64,000 nt of DNA from an uncultured Actinomycetota bacterium (lineage in GTDB: Bacteria > Actinomycetota > Actinomycetes > JAFAQI01), in assembly GCA_963770565.1 (NCBI GenBank), contig CAVYQE010000011.1:967371-1031370 (forward strand), in the 5' to 3' direction. Made by a program: the position numbers and the translations under genes. The notes beneath the pieces were generated by a model that did no database searches, was not told the DNA's origin, and saw only the letters and a program-made list of their open reading frames with translations. How positions within the stretch are numbered: position 1 is the first letter of the stretch; every line of letters begins with the position of its first letter. Positions 48,601 through 58,526 of the stretch are shown one piece after another.

Positions 48601-50201
48601 TCGCAAAGACCCGCGGCTCGACCGCCGGCGTCGGGCTGATCTCGCCGCCACCGCATCACGACATCTACTCGATCGAGGACCTCAAACAGCTGATCCACGA
48701 CCTGAAGAACGCCAACCCGTCGGCCCGGGTGCACGTGAAGCTGGTCGCGGAGGTCGGCGTCGGGACGGTCGCGGCCGGGGTGTCCAAAGCGCACGCCGAC
48801 GTGGTGCTGATCTCCGGGCACGACGGTGGCACCGGCGCCGCTCCGCTCACCTCGCTCAAGCACGCCGGCTCCCCGTGGGAGCTCGGGCTGGCGGAGACCC
48901 AGCAGACGTTGCTGCTCAACGGGTTGCGGGACCGGATCACGGTCCAGGTCGACGGCCAGCTCAAGACCGGGCGCGACGTCGTGATCGCCGCGTTGCTGGG
49001 TGCCGAGGAGTTCGGCTTCGCGACCGCGCCGCTGGTGGTGTCCGGCTGCGTCATGATGCGGGTCTGCCACCTTGACACCTGCCCGGTTGGCGTCGCGACC
49101 CAGAACCCCGAGCTGCGCAAGCGGTTCAGCGGCAAGCCGGAGTTCGTGCAGACCTTCTTCGAGTTCATCGCCGAGGAGGTTCGCGAGCACCTGGCCGCGC
49201 TCGGGCTGCGCTCGATCGAGGAGGCGATCGGCCAGGTCGAGCTGCTCGACGCGTCCGCCGCGGTCGAGCACTGGAAGGCATCGGGACTCGACCTCGCACC
49301 GATCCTCCACCGGCCCGACGTCGACGGCCCGCGCCGTCGTACCCGTGACCAGGACCACGGGCTCGACCGGGCACTCGACCACACCTTGATCCAGTTGTGC
49401 GAGGGCGCGCTCAGTGACGCGCAACCGGTGCGGCTCGAGCTGCCGATCCGCAACGTCAACCGAACCGTCGGCACGATGCTCGGTCACGAAGTCACCAAGC
49501 GGTACGCCGACGCCGGGCTGCCGGACGGCACGATCGACCTCACCTTCACCGGGTCGGCCGGGCAGTCGTTCGGTGCGTTCGTGCCACGCGGCATCACGAT
49601 GCGACTGATCGGTGACTCGAACGACTATCTCGGCAAGGGATTGTCGGGCGGCCGGCTGATCGTCCGACCGGATGATCGGGCCCCGTTCGCGGCCGAGCGC
49701 AATGTGATCGCCGGCAACGTGATCCTCTACGGTGCCACGAGCGGCGAGGCGTTCATCCGGGGAGTCGTGGGCGAGCGCTTCGCGGTTCGCAACTCCGGCG
49801 CGCTCGCCGTGGTCGAGGGCGTGGGTGACCATGCTTGCGAGTACATGACCGGCGGCCAGGTCGTTGTGCTGGGCTCGGCCGGACGCAACGTCGCGGCGGG
49901 GATGTCGGGCGGCCTCGGCTTCTTCCTCGATCTCGACCCGGCTCGGGTCAACCTCGAAATGGTTGATCTCGAGCGGGTCGGTGCGGCCGACGCGCCGTGG
50001 CTGCACGAGGTGGTGGCCCGGCACGGTGACTCGACCGGCTCTGCGGTCGCCGCCGGGCTGCTGGCCGACTGGCCGCGTTCGGTTCGGCGATTCACCAAGA
50101 TCATGCCGCGTGACTACCGGCGGGTGCTCGACGCGGCGAAGTCGGCGGCCGATCGAGGCGCGGACGTTGACGCGGCTGTGATGGCGGCGGCTCATGGCTG
50201 A
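45663..50201 (+). CDS. gltB: Glutamate synthase large subunit
   Basis: [37 protein letters not shown]; start 45654 or 45663. Confidence 0.97.
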   Translation: MPAWTAPASTGPPSTRLPRRQGLYDPAYEHDSCGVAFVADIHGRRSHSVVADALTALHNLDHRGASGAEVNTGDGAGLLVQVPDAFLRAVVDFELPKPGAYAVGMVFVPTDPAACAGAVRAIEQVVADEGLRVLGWRDVPVEPASLGRTALDVMPGFKQVFVAATRGEIGMALERRAFCARKRIEHELDCYLPSLSSRTLVYKGMLTTDQLPAFFPDVTDERFAAAIAVVHSRFSTNTFPSWPLAHPYRFVAHNGEINTVMGNRNWMRAREALLASDVIPGDLRRLFPIITPGLSDSASFDEVLELLHLGGRSLPHAVLMMIPEAYENNHEMDPARRAFYEFHSCVMEPWDGPACVAFTDGEVVGAVLDRNGLRPSRYWVTDDDRVILASEVGVLDIAPERVVRKGRLQPGRMFLVDTAAGRIVDDDELKAELAAENPYQDWLHAGLLDLRRLPEREHIVYSHESVVRRQQAFGYTDEELRLLVAPMARDGAEAIGSMGTDTPIAVLSDRPRLLFDYFTELFAQVTNPPLDAIREALVTSLSTATGPERNLLDPTPASCRQITLPFPVIDNDDLAKIIHVNDDGDLPGFAATVVKGLFPVAGGGAALRAALERIRSEVSAAITAGTRLIVLSDRDSDAELAPIPSLLLTSAVHHHLIRERTRTQVGLIVEAGDVREVHHVALLIGYGAAAVNPYLAMESVEDLVRRDIVTGIDPGEAIQHYIKALGKGVLKVMSKMGVSTVASYTGAQIFEALGLGSDVVAEYFTGTTSRLGGIGLDEIAAEVAARHRHAYPRVPHKHRTLWVGGEYQWRREGELHLFNPQTVFKLQHATRSGRYDVFKEYSSAVDDQAARLMTLRGMFRFAEGVRPPVPIEEVEPVSAILKRFATGAMSYGSISAEAHETLAIAMNAIGAKSNTGEGGEDADRLHDPSRRSAIKQVASGRFGVTSDYLTNATDLQIKMAQGAKPGEGGQLPGHKVYPWIAKTRGSTAGVGLISPPPHHDIYSIEDLKQLIHDLKNANPSARVHVKLVAEVGVGTVAAGVSKAHADVVLISGHDGGTGAAPLTSLKHAGSPWELGLAETQQTLLLNGLRDRITVQVDGQLKTGRDVVIAALLGAEEFGFATAPLVVSGCVMMRVCHLDTCPVGVATQNPELRKRFSGKPEFVQTFFEFIAEEVREHLAALGLRSIEEAIGQVELLDASAAVEHWKASGLDLAPILHRPDVDGPRRRTRDQDHGLDRALDHTLIQLCEGALSDAQPVRLELPIRNVNRTVGTMLGHEVTKRYADAGLPDGTIDLTFTGSAGQSFGAFVPRGITMRLIGDSNDYLGKGLSGGRLIVRPDDRAPFAAERNVIAGNVILYGATSGEAFIRGVVGERFAVRNSGALAVVEGVGDHACEYMTGGQVVVLGSAGRNVAAGMSGGLGFFLDLDPARVNLEMVDLERVGAADAPWLHEVVARHGDSTGSAVAAGLLADWPRSVRRFTKIMPRDYRRVLDAAKSAADRGADVDAAVMAAAHG

Positions 50202-51636
50202 CCCGAAGGCGTTCTTGACCACTCCGCGCGAGCTGCCGGTCCGCCGGCCGGTCGACGTCCGGATCCAGGATTGGCAGGAGGTCTACACCGAGTTTGCCCC
50301 CGACCGGCTGCAGCGCCAGGCCGGTCGCTGCATGGACTGCGGGATCCCGTTCTGTCATCAGGGCTGCCCGCTCGGCAACCTGATCCCGGAGTGGAACGAC
50401 CTGGTCTGGCGCGACGACTGGCAGGACGCGATCGAGCGGCTGCACGCGACGAACAACTTCCCGGAGTTCACCGGCCGGCTCTGCCCGGCACCGTGCGAGA
50501 CGGCATGTGTGCTCGGCATCAACGCCGACCCGGTCACGATCAAACAGGTCGAGGTCGAGATCGTCGACCGGGCCTGGGACGAGGGGTGGATCGCACCGCA
50601 GGTGGCCGAGCGGCTGTCCGGCAAGACGGTCGCGGTCGTCGGGTCCGGCCCGGCCGGGCTGGCCGCGGCCCAGCAGCTGACCCGCGCGGGTCACACCGTG
50701 GTGGTCTACGAGCGGGCCGACCGGATCGGCGGACTGCTGCGGTACGGGATCCCCGAGTTCAAGCTGGAAAAGCGCCATCTGGAGTTGCGCTTGCTGCAGA
50801 TGGAGGAGGAGGGCACCCGGTTCCGCGCCGGTGTCGACGTCGGGATCGACATCACCGCCGACTCGCTGCGCAAGCGGCACGACGCGATCGTGCTGGCCGG
50901 CGGGTCGACCGTGCCGCGCGAGCTCGACGTCCCCGGCCGGGAGCTCGGCGGCATCTACCCGGCGATGGACTACCTGCCGGGCGCGAACCGGCTCCAACAA
51001 GGCGATCTGGACGCGCCAACGATCACCGCCGCCGGTAAGGACGTGGTGATCATCGGCGGCGGCGACACCGGCGCCGACTGCCTGGGCACGGCCCACCGCC
51101 AAGGGGCCCGTTCGGTCACCCAGCTCGAGATCCTGCCCCGGCCACCCGAGGCGCGGACCGACTCGATGCCGTGGCCGACGTACCCGATGGTGTTCCGGGT
51201 CTCCAGTGCCCACGAGGAGGGTGGCGAGCGCATCTTCGCGGTGTCGACACAGGCATTCGAGGGTGACCTGGCGGGCAACGTGGGGGGGCTGGTGATCTGC
51301 GAGGTCGACGAGCGGTTCGCACCGATCGCGGGCAGTGAACGGCGGTTGCCCTGCCAGCTGGTCCTGCTCGCGATGGGGTTCGTCGGGCCCGAGCGCGGCC
51401 CACTGCTCACCGACCTCGGGGTTTCCTACGATCCGCGCGGCAACGTGGCCCGCGGTGCGGAATGGATGACCGACGTCGACGGAGTGTTCGTCTGCGGCGA
51501 CATGGGTCGCGGTCAGTCGCTGATCGTGTGGGCGATCGCCGAAGGGCGGTCATGCGCGGCAGCGGTCGACCGCTGGTTGCTGGGGGACACCCAGCTGCCG
51601 GCGCCGATCCAGCCCACCGACCGCCCGATCAGCTGA
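50194..51636 (+). CDS. gltD: Glutamate synthase small subunit
   Basis: [22 protein letters not shown]. Confidence 0.97.
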   Translation: MADPKAFLTTPRELPVRRPVDVRIQDWQEVYTEFAPDRLQRQAGRCMDCGIPFCHQGCPLGNLIPEWNDLVWRDDWQDAIERLHATNNFPEFTGRLCPAPCETACVLGINADPVTIKQVEVEIVDRAWDEGWIAPQVAERLSGKTVAVVGSGPAGLAAAQQLTRAGHTVVVYERADRIGGLLRYGIPEFKLEKRHLELRLLQMEEEGTRFRAGVDVGIDITADSLRKRHDAIVLAGGSTVPRELDVPGRELGGIYPAMDYLPGANRLQQGDLDAPTITAAGKDVVIIGGGDTGADCLGTAHRQGARSVTQLEILPRPPEARTDSMPWPTYPMVFRVSSAHEEGGERIFAVSTQAFEGDLAGNVGGLVICEVDERFAPIAGSERRLPCQLVLLAMGFVGPERGPLLTDLGVSYDPRGNVARGAEWMTDVDGVFVCGDMGRGQSLIVWAIAEGRSCAAAVDRWLLGDTQLPAPIQPTDRPIS

Positions 51637-51655
51637 CCAGACCCGCCCGCCCAGC

Positions 51656-51721
51656 TGTTGATCATGGCGAACCGCGTCATTTCACGGCGGCGATTTTTGG
51701 CGCTATTCGCCATGATCAACA
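51656..51721. repeat. 16-bp perfect inverted repeat (REP/terminator-like)
   Basis: tgttgatcatggcgaa (51656-51671) / ttcgccatgatcaaca (51706-51721) between convergent genes. Confidence 0.8.
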
Positions 51722-52492
51722 AGGAAAATCGGGCGGGACGGTCCGCGCGGCGTCCGACTTCGGTCCGACGAACTCGTCCAACGCTGCGACGGCGTCACGA
51801 CGGGCGACCGAGATGGAGTTCCACCGGTTCTGCCGCCAGGGAATCCGGAGCAGGTCCAGCGCACCGGTGTAGATCCCCTGTATGTCGATCGAGGTGTTGC
51901 TGAAGAAGTAGCGCGGATAGGAGTAGGTGCGGGTGCCGGACGGCAGCGGGCGATGCACGATGTTCGTGGCGCGACAGCCGTCGGAGTGCAGCAACCCACG
52001 GATCAGCCCTCGTGGGTCAGCGGCAACCAGATCCCGTTGCCAGTCGGCGAGGACAATCGAGCGCTGATGCTTCATACCCGGGCCGTGTTGCGGGAACATG
52101 CACAGCCAATGATTCGTCGCCGATTGGACCTGTGTACAACCAACCAAGGTGCGGAAGTTGACTGAGGCGCCGGCCACCTGGCGCATCGCCTCGGCCACCT
52201 CGTCCATGACCTCGGGATACGCATCGCAGCAGTAGATCCGCAGGGCCGTGGTGCGTCTAAGAGCCGCGATATGTCCGTCACCGAGGTACTGACCCAGCAA
52301 GTACGGATAGTGCGACGGGGCGGGTGTCCCTTCGCATCTAAAGCAGTGCGCCGAGGTTGCGAGTGGTTCAAGTCGTTGCTGCCAGCGATAGGTGCTGCCC
52401 CATCCCACGCCCAGCCTTCGGCAGACCTCAGTTCGTGAGACGCCCTGGGCCAGGAGATCGAGAGCGGCCTGCCGGAGCGGTACTGGATGCAT
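51716..52492 (-). CDS. HTH + CxxC + double LAGLIDADG-like endonuclease-domain protein
   Basis: N-terminal SRTEVCRRLGV...TYRW HTH, CFRC, YLLGQYLGDG and LIRGLLHSDG motifs; the upstream part of the ORF track overlaps the tRNA. Confidence 0.78.
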   Translation of the reverse strand: MHPVPLRQAALDLLAQGVSRTEVCRRLGVGWGSTYRWQQRLEPLATSAHCFRCEGTPAPSHYPYLLGQYLGDGHIAALRRTTALRIYCCDAYPEVMDEVAEAMRQVAGASVNFRTLVGCTQVQSATNHWLCMFPQHGPGMKHQRSIVLADWQRDLVAADPRGLIRGLLHSDGCRATNIVHRPLPSGTRTYSYPRYFFSNTSIDIQGIYTGALDLLRIPWRQNRWNSISVARRDAVAALDEFVGPKSDAARTVPPDFPC

Positions 52493-52541
52493 GCCTGATC
52501 GTGCCGCGCGGGTCGGACAGTTTGTCGTGCCGGAAGCGGTG

Positions 52542-52624
52542 TGCCGGAAGCGGGATTCGAACCCGCATGCCCTTTCGAGCAGACGCTTTTGAGGCGTCCG
52601 AGTATGCCGTTCCTCCATTCCGGC
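52542..52624 (-). tRNA. tRNA-Leu(CAA)
   Basis: Acceptor GCCGGAA/TTCCGGC, anticodon loop CT-CAA-AA, long variable arm, GGTTCGAATCC T-loop; CCA not encoded. Confidence 0.95.
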
Positions 52625-52674
52625 CTGCAACGACGTAATTCTAGGTCACGCCGCCTCTCGCTAGTCTGCTTTGA

Positions 52675-53271
52675 GTGAGTGCTCCGCAGCCGCATCGGGT
52701 GCTGATCGCCGAGGACGAGGCACTGATCCGCCTTGACCTCAAAGAGATGCTGATCGACATCGGTTACGACGTCGTGGGTGAGGCCGCCGACGGTCAGCAG
52801 GCGATCGACCTGGCCGACCAGCTGCGCCCGGACCTGGTCATCCTCGACGTCAAGATGCCGGGGTTGGACGGCATCTCCGCCGCCGAGCAGATCGTCGCGA
52901 ACGCGAGTGCACCTGTGATCATGCTCACCGCCTTCAGCCAGCGCGAGCTGGTGGAGCGCGCGGCGGATGCCGGTGCGATGGCCTACCTGGTCAAGCCGTT
53001 CGACCGAAGCGACCTGGTGCCGGCGATCGAGATCGCGATCAGCCGGCACCAGCAGCTGCGGGCGCTCGCCGATGAGGCGGCCGACCTGGCCGAGCGGCTG
53101 GAGACCCGCAAACTGCTTGACCGGGCGAAGGGCAAGCTGCAGGCCGAGCGGGGGATGACCGAGCCCGAGGCATTCCGGTGGATCCAGAAGGCCTCGATGG
53201 ACGCACGGAGCACGATGCGGGCAGTTGCCGAAGCCGTTTTGGGCGTGGATGGCCCAGGTTCTGGTACATAA
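52675..53271 (+). CDS. pdtaR: ANTAR-domain response regulator (PdtaR-like)
   Basis: REC domain (AEDE, LDVKMP, KPF) + RAKG...EAFRWIQKASM ANTAR. Confidence 0.9.
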   Translation: MSAPQPHRVLIAEDEALIRLDLKEMLIDIGYDVVGEAADGQQAIDLADQLRPDLVILDVKMPGLDGISAAEQIVANASAPVIMLTAFSQRELVERAADAGAMAYLVKPFDRSDLVPAIEIAISRHQQLRALADEAADLAERLETRKLLDRAKGKLQAERGMTEPEAFRWIQKASMDARSTMRAVAEAVLGVDGPGSGT

Positions 53272-53366
53272 CGACCTGGCAACGACGCGTCAGATCCGGT
53301 CTGAACGGCCGTTCGGGGACTAGGTTGCGCACAGACAGAACCAGCAGATCAGCAGGAAGGAGCACC

Positions 53367-54608
53367 ATGCGGACCAGTCGAGTCATTCGACGCGTCGCAC
53401 CGCTCGCGCTCGCGGCCATCGCCGCTGCGGCATGCGGAAGTAGCTCGAGCGGCGGCCCGTCAACAGGCGGCTCGGGCAGCCCGGCTGCCGGCGGCAACAC
53501 GTACACGATCGCCTACGAGGGCCCGCTTTCCGGCGGTAACGCCCAGCTCGGCGAGAACATGTCCTTCGCGGTGAAGCTTGCTGTGCAGCAGGCGAACGCG
53601 GGCACCACGTTCGGTCAGCTGCCGTTCAAGCTCGCGTTCGCGCAGCAGGACGACCAGGGTTCGGCGACGGTCGCCCCGACCGCAGCCCAGAAGATCCTGA
53701 GCATCAGCAACCTGATCGCGGTGGTCGGACCGGCCTTCTCCGGCGCGACCGCGGCCGCGGAGCCGTTGTTCTCGCAGGCCAACGTGGCCACCGTGAGTCC
53801 CTCAGCTACCGCGCCGACGCTCGCGACCTCGGGCTGGAAGAACTTCTTCCGCGTGGTTGCGGACGACAACGCCCAGGGTCCGGCTGACGCCGAATACCTC
53901 GGCAAGGTCGCCCACATCAAGTCGGTCTTCTCGGTCGACGACGCAAGCGACTACGCCGCCGGCCTGGTGAAGACCTTCGACACCGCCGCGCCGAAGGATG
54001 GCGTCCGGCTGGTCAGCCACCAGACCGCTCCCGGCACCACACAGTGCCAGGCGGGCACCGGCAACGTGCAGCAGTACAACACGCTGGCGACCAAGATCAA
54101 GTCCTCCGGTGCGGCGTCGGTGTTCTACGCCGGCTACTACTGCGACTTCGCGCTGCTGGCCAAGCAGCTCCGGGCCGCGGGTTACACCGGCCAGCTGGTC
54201 TCCGACGACGGCAGCAACGACCCCCACTACGTCTCGGGCGCCGGTGCGTCAGTGGCGAACGGGACCGTGCTGAGCTGCGCGTGCCAGGAGACCATCAAGG
54301 GTTCGGCGTTCTCGTCGTTCGCCACCGCGTTCAAGGGCGTCGCCAGCTTCGCTCCGGGCACGTACTCGGCCGAGGCGTACGACTCCGCGAACACGATCAT
54401 CTCCGCGATGAAGGCATTGGGTGCCTCGCCGACGAAGGCCGGGATCGTTTCGGCCCTTCACGCGTCTGGCTTCTCGTATGCCGGCATCAGCAAGACCGTG
54501 GTGTTCGCGGCGAACGGCAACTACGGCGGCTCCGCGGTTTACATGTACAAGGTCGAGAACGGTCAGATCGTTCAGCTCGGCCTGATCAGCAAGCTCGCTG
54601 GCGGCTGA
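53367..54608 (+). CDS. livK: Branched-chain amino acid ABC substrate-binding lipoprotein
   Basis: Lipobox AAAC, GPLSG, DDQG, SPSAT, FFRVVADD. Confidence 0.88.
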   Translation: MRTSRVIRRVAPLALAAIAAAACGSSSSGGPSTGGSGSPAAGGNTYTIAYEGPLSGGNAQLGENMSFAVKLAVQQANAGTTFGQLPFKLAFAQQDDQGSATVAPTAAQKILSISNLIAVVGPAFSGATAAAEPLFSQANVATVSPSATAPTLATSGWKNFFRVVADDNAQGPADAEYLGKVAHIKSVFSVDDASDYAAGLVKTFDTAAPKDGVRLVSHQTAPGTTQCQAGTGNVQQYNTLATKIKSSGAASVFYAGYYCDFALLAKQLRAAGYTGQLVSDDGSNDPHYVSGAGASVANGTVLSCACQETIKGSAFSSFATAFKGVASFAPGTYSAEAYDSANTIISAMKALGASPTKAGIVSALHASGFSYAGISKTVVFAANGNYGGSAVYMYKVENGQIVQLGLISKLAGG

Positions 54609-54627
54609 TCACCGGATATCGCTAGGG

Positions 54628-54659
54628 TCGGGTGCCGCCGTTCATTCGGCGGCACCCGA
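54628..54659 (+). terminator. 13-bp hairpin after the SBP gene (attenuation/mRNA stability)
   Basis: tcgggtgccgccg / cggcggcacccga with a 6-nt loop. Confidence 0.7.
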
Positions 54660-54703
54660 TCGTCCGTTTCCGCTGGTCGCCTCTACTGCCGGGAGCCGCC
54701 CAC

Positions 54704-55633
54704 ATGTGCTTCACGCACAGTTTCTGGAGCCTGTTCATCGGCGGCTTGTCCAACGGCTTTCTTTACGCCCTGATGGCGCTCGGCTACACCCTCGTGTACG
54801 GCGTCCTCCAGCTGATCAACTTCGCCCACAGCGAGGTCTTCATGAGCGGAGGCTTCGCCGGGCTTTTCATCCTGCAGAAGCTGGTCACCGGCACCACCGT
54901 GCCGAGTGGCTTCGAGTCGGTCGTCCTGGTAGTGGTCGGGATCGTCGGCGGGGCGCTCGCCGGCGGTTTGGTGGCCTTCGTCCTCGAGCGAGTTGCATAC
55001 CGGCCGCTACGCCGCCGGCACGCGCCGAAGCTGGCCTACCTGATCAGTGCGATCGGGGCGTCGTACTTCCTCTACAGCATGGCCGAGAAGGAGTTCGGAC
55101 TCACCTCGCAGCCCGTCCCGGAGCTCTACACCCCGGGCAACGTCTTCACCGTCTTCGGCGCCGGCGTCCAGACCTACTACATCGTGATCGCCGTTTCGGC
55201 GATCGTCATGCTCGTCTTCCTCGACCGGCTGGTGGCCCGGACGCGACTGGGCCAGGGCATCAGAGCGGTCGCCCAGGACGCCGACACGGCCAGCCTGATG
55301 GGCGTCAACATCGACCGGGTGATCTCGCAGACCTTCGTCATCGGCGGGCTGCTCGGAGGTGCCGCGGGCTTCCTGTTCGGCATGGGCTCAGGGGTCGTCT
55401 ACACGATGGGCTTCACCCCTGGCCTCAAGGCGTTCACCGCAGCCGTCCTCGGCGGCATCGGCAACATCCGCGGTGCCGTGCTCGGCGGCTTGCTGCTCGG
55501 GGTGGTCGAAAGCCTGTCGGTCTCCTGCATCAACACCGACTGGATCGATGTCACCGCATTTGCGATTCTGGTGCTCGTGCTCCTGCTGCGACCGACCGGA
55601 TTGCTCGGCGAGCGGCTGGGACGGTCGGCGTGA
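54704..55633 (+). CDS. livH: BCAA ABC permease
   Basis: ALGYTLVYG...INFAH, KAFTAAVLGGIG. Confidence 0.92.
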   Translation: MCFTHSFWSLFIGGLSNGFLYALMALGYTLVYGVLQLINFAHSEVFMSGGFAGLFILQKLVTGTTVPSGFESVVLVVVGIVGGALAGGLVAFVLERVAYRPLRRRHAPKLAYLISAIGASYFLYSMAEKEFGLTSQPVPELYTPGNVFTVFGAGVQTYYIVIAVSAIVMLVFLDRLVARTRLGQGIRAVAQDADTASLMGVNIDRVISQTFVIGGLLGGAAGFLFGMGSGVVYTMGFTPGLKAFTAAVLGGIGNIRGAVLGGLLLGVVESLSVSCINTDWIDVTAFAILVLVLLLRPTGLLGERLGRSA

Positions 55634-56976
55634 CCACGGCACAGGCGCCGGCACCGGCGCGGCGCAGCATGGTCTCCCGGTTCGGCGGGTTCGGCCGGCA
55701 GGACCTGCAGCGGCTGGCCGGCTGCCTGGCGGTCGGCATCGTGCTCGCCCTGATGACCGGCAAGGCGGGCTCCACGACCGCACCCACGTCCGGGATCACC
55801 GGGTCGCTCGGGCGGCCCAAGGTGTTGATCTTCATCGTGATCGGGCTTGCGATCTGGGCCGTCATCACGGTGTGGGAACGCAACCTGGGCAGTGTGCGCG
55901 AGTTCAGCGCCGCCGCCTCAGAGCGGGTCGGGCGGCTCTCCGGCGAGCGTCGGGTGCGCTACCCCACGTACGTCGCGCTGCTCATCGCGGCGATCGTGGT
56001 GCCGCCGACCATGCTCAGCGCGTTCTGGCAACGCGCGGCGGTCGATGACATCGCGATCTACGTCCTGCTCGCGCTCGGCCTCAACGTCGTCGTCGGTTTC
56101 GCCGGACTGCTCGACCTCGGCTACATCGCTTTCTACGCGATCGGGGCGTACGTCGCGGCGTACTTCCAGGGCGCACTGCCCGTGCACCCGCCGTTCCACC
56201 TCAACCTGTTCTTCGTCTTCCCGATCGCAGTGATCGCGGCGATGTTCGCCGGTGTGATCCTGGGCGCACCGACCCTGCGGCTACGAGGGGACTATCTCGC
56301 GATCGTGACCCTCGGCTTCGGCGAGATCATCGAGATCGCGGCCAACAACATGACCAGCATCACCGGCGGGCCGATCGGGACCAAGCCGTTGCCGCACTTC
56401 TCGATCAACCTGTTGGGCATCCACTACAAGTGGACGCTGTCGAGCCTGCCGTACTACTACCTCTTGCTGGTGATCATCGTCGGGATCCTGATCGCGTTCT
56501 CGAAGCTCGAGGACTCCCGGGTCGGGCGGGCCTGGGTGGCGATCCGCGAGGACGAGGTCGCGGCCGAGGCATGCGGCATCAACACGTTGAAATACAAGGT
56601 GATGGCGTTCGCCATCGGCGCATCGACGGCCGGGTTTGCCGGCGTGGTGTTCGCCGGCCGTAACAACTTCTTCGACCCGCCGGTCTTCAGCGTCCAGGTC
56701 TCGATCTTCGTCCTGGTACTGGTGATCTTCGGCGGGATGGGCTCGATGGTCGGCGTGGTGGTCGGTGCGGTCTTCCTGACCTTCCTGCAACAGAAGCTTC
56801 GCGACTACATCCAGCCGCAGGACCTCTACATCTACATCGGGTTCCTGCTCGTCACGATGATGATCTTCCGGCCGCAGGGCATCCTGCCGTCGCGGCGAAG
56901 AGCCAGAGAGCTCGGCATGGCCGAGGCCGGTGTCGGGGGAGCCGACGCCATGGGCGCACCGGGATCCGCGCCGTGA
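55630..56976 (+). CDS. livM: BCAA ABC permease
   Basis: GLLDLGYIAF, LRLRGDYLAIVTLGFGEI, AIREDE. Confidence 0.92.
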   Translation: MTTAQAPAPARRSMVSRFGGFGRQDLQRLAGCLAVGIVLALMTGKAGSTTAPTSGITGSLGRPKVLIFIVIGLAIWAVITVWERNLGSVREFSAAASERVGRLSGERRVRYPTYVALLIAAIVVPPTMLSAFWQRAAVDDIAIYVLLALGLNVVVGFAGLLDLGYIAFYAIGAYVAAYFQGALPVHPPFHLNLFFVFPIAVIAAMFAGVILGAPTLRLRGDYLAIVTLGFGEIIEIAANNMTSITGGPIGTKPLPHFSINLLGIHYKWTLSSLPYYYLLLVIIVGILIAFSKLEDSRVGRAWVAIREDEVAAEACGINTLKYKVMAFAIGASTAGFAGVVFAGRNNFFDPPVFSVQVSIFVLVLVIFGGMGSMVGVVVGAVFLTFLQQKLRDYIQPQDLYIYIGFLLVTMMIFRPQGILPSRRRARELGMAEAGVGGADAMGAPGSAP

Positions 56977-57821
56977 CCGCGCCCGCTCCGGCGTCACCGC
57001 CCGCCCCCGAGGCCGACCCGATCCTGTCGGTCGAGAACGTCACGCTTCGGTTCGGCGGCGTGACCAGCCTCGCCGACGTGTCCCTGACCCAGCGCAAGGG
57101 CGAGATCCTCGCGGTAATCGGGCCGAACGGCGCCGGCAAGACCTCGCTGTTCAACTGCATCACCGGCGTCTACCAGCCGCAGGAGGGCCGGATCCAGCTG
57201 TACGACGCGAACGGCCACGCAACCAACCTGGCTGGCCGCCGGCCTAATCGGGTCACGCTGCTCGGCGTCGCCCGGACCTTCCAGAACATCCGGCTGTTCA
57301 ACGCGTTGACCGCATTCGAGAACGTGAAGATCGGCGTCGAGGCACACGACAAGACCGGGCCGGGCGGGGCGATCCTGCGGATCCCGAGGGCGCGCCGCGA
57401 GGAGCGCGCGGGCAATGAACGCGCGATGGAGCTGATCGAGTTCGTCGGCCTGCGCGACCGTGCCAACGAGCTTGCCGCTTCGCTTCCGTACGGCGCGCAA
57501 CGCCGCCTGGAGATCGCCCGGGCGATGGGCACCTCGCCGCGACTGATCCTGCTCGACGAGCCGGCCGCCGGCACCAACCCGGTCGAGAAACTTGACCTGG
57601 AGCGGTTGATCCGCCGGATCAGCGACGAGACCGGCACGAGCGTGCTGCTGATCGAGCACGACATGCGACTGGTGATGTCGGTGGCGACCCGAGTGGTAGT
57701 CCTCAACTTCGGCCGGGTGATCGCAACCGGCACGCCGGCGGAGATCCAACAGGACCCGGCCGTGGTCGAGGCATACCTCGGCACCGCGACGGACGGAGAC
57801 GCCGATGCTGCTGCAGGTTGA
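56973..57821 (+). CDS. livG: BCAA ABC ATP-binding protein
   Basis: GPNGAGKT, RTFQNIRLF, LPYG, IEHDM. Confidence 0.93.
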   Translation: MTAPAPASPPAPEADPILSVENVTLRFGGVTSLADVSLTQRKGEILAVIGPNGAGKTSLFNCITGVYQPQEGRIQLYDANGHATNLAGRRPNRVTLLGVARTFQNIRLFNALTAFENVKIGVEAHDKTGPGGAILRIPRARREERAGNERAMELIEFVGLRDRANELAASLPYGAQRRLEIARAMGTSPRLILLDEPAAGTNPVEKLDLERLIRRISDETGTSVLLIEHDMRLVMSVATRVVVLNFGRVIATGTPAEIQQDPAVVEAYLGTATDGDADAAAG

Positions 57822-58515
57822 GGGCCTGCGGGTCGCCTACGGGCGGATCCAGGCGCTGCGCGGGATCGACCTGACCGTCGGCGACGGCGAGATCGTCACG
57901 CTGCTCGGCGGCAACGGCGCCGGCAAGACCACGACGTTGCGGACGATCTCGGGCTTGCTGCATCCACTCAGCGGTTCGATCAGCTTCGACGGGCAGCGGA
58001 TCGACGGGCTCAAGGCGCACGACATCGTGGGGCTCGGGATCGGGCACGTGCCCGAAGGGCGGCGGATCTTCCCGCGGATGAGCGTCCACGAGAACCTCAC
58101 GATGGGCGCATACCGGCGACGTGGAGATCTCAGTGCAGACCTCGACCGGGTGCTGACCTTGTTCCCGGTTCTCAAGGAACGCCGGACCCAGCCGGGCGGC
58201 AACCTGTCCGGCGGCGAGCAGCAGATGCTCGCGATCGGCCGCGCGTTGATGGGCAAGCCTCGCCTGCTGTTGCTCGACGAGCCGTCGATGGGCCTCGCGC
58301 CGATGATCGTGGCCCGGATCTTCGAGATCCTCCGCGAGATCAACGACCAGGGCACCACCTTGCTGGTCGTCGAGCAGAACGCGGCCCAGGCCCTTCGGCT
58401 CGCCTCCCGGGGCTATGTCCTGGAGACCGGAAGCATCGCACTCAGCGACACTGCACCGGCACTTCTCGCCGACGACCGGGTGCGATCTGCATATTTGGGC
58501 GAAAGCGTCGCGTAG
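57805..58515 (+). CDS. livF: BCAA ABC ATP-binding protein
   Basis: GGNGAGKT, VPEGRRIF, LSGGEQQML, VEQN. Confidence 0.93.
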   Translation: MLLQVEGLRVAYGRIQALRGIDLTVGDGEIVTLLGGNGAGKTTTLRTISGLLHPLSGSISFDGQRIDGLKAHDIVGLGIGHVPEGRRIFPRMSVHENLTMGAYRRRGDLSADLDRVLTLFPVLKERRTQPGGNLSGGEQQMLAIGRALMGKPRLLLLDEPSMGLAPMIVARIFEILREINDQGTTLLVVEQNAAQALRLASRGYVLETGSIALSDTAPALLADDRVRSAYLGESVA

Positions 58516-58526
58516 GCCGGCTGGCC

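Noticed and set aside
47967-50222. Long antisense and alternate-frame ORFs (also 10909-12450, 42829-44538, 60786-62879)
   Set aside because: Shadow ORFs typical of high-GC codon bias over well-supported genes.
51716-52553. Prophage or ICE at tRNA-Leu
   Set aside because: No integrase or cargo; the duplicated end is adjacent to the tRNA rather than flanking an island.
52493-52630. N-terminal extension of the 304-aa ORF
   Set aside because: It reads through the tRNA gene; the HTH starts at ATG 52492.
53272-53366. ANTAR dual-hexaloop target before livK
   Set aside because: Short palindromes exist, but they overlap and do not form two hexaloop stems.
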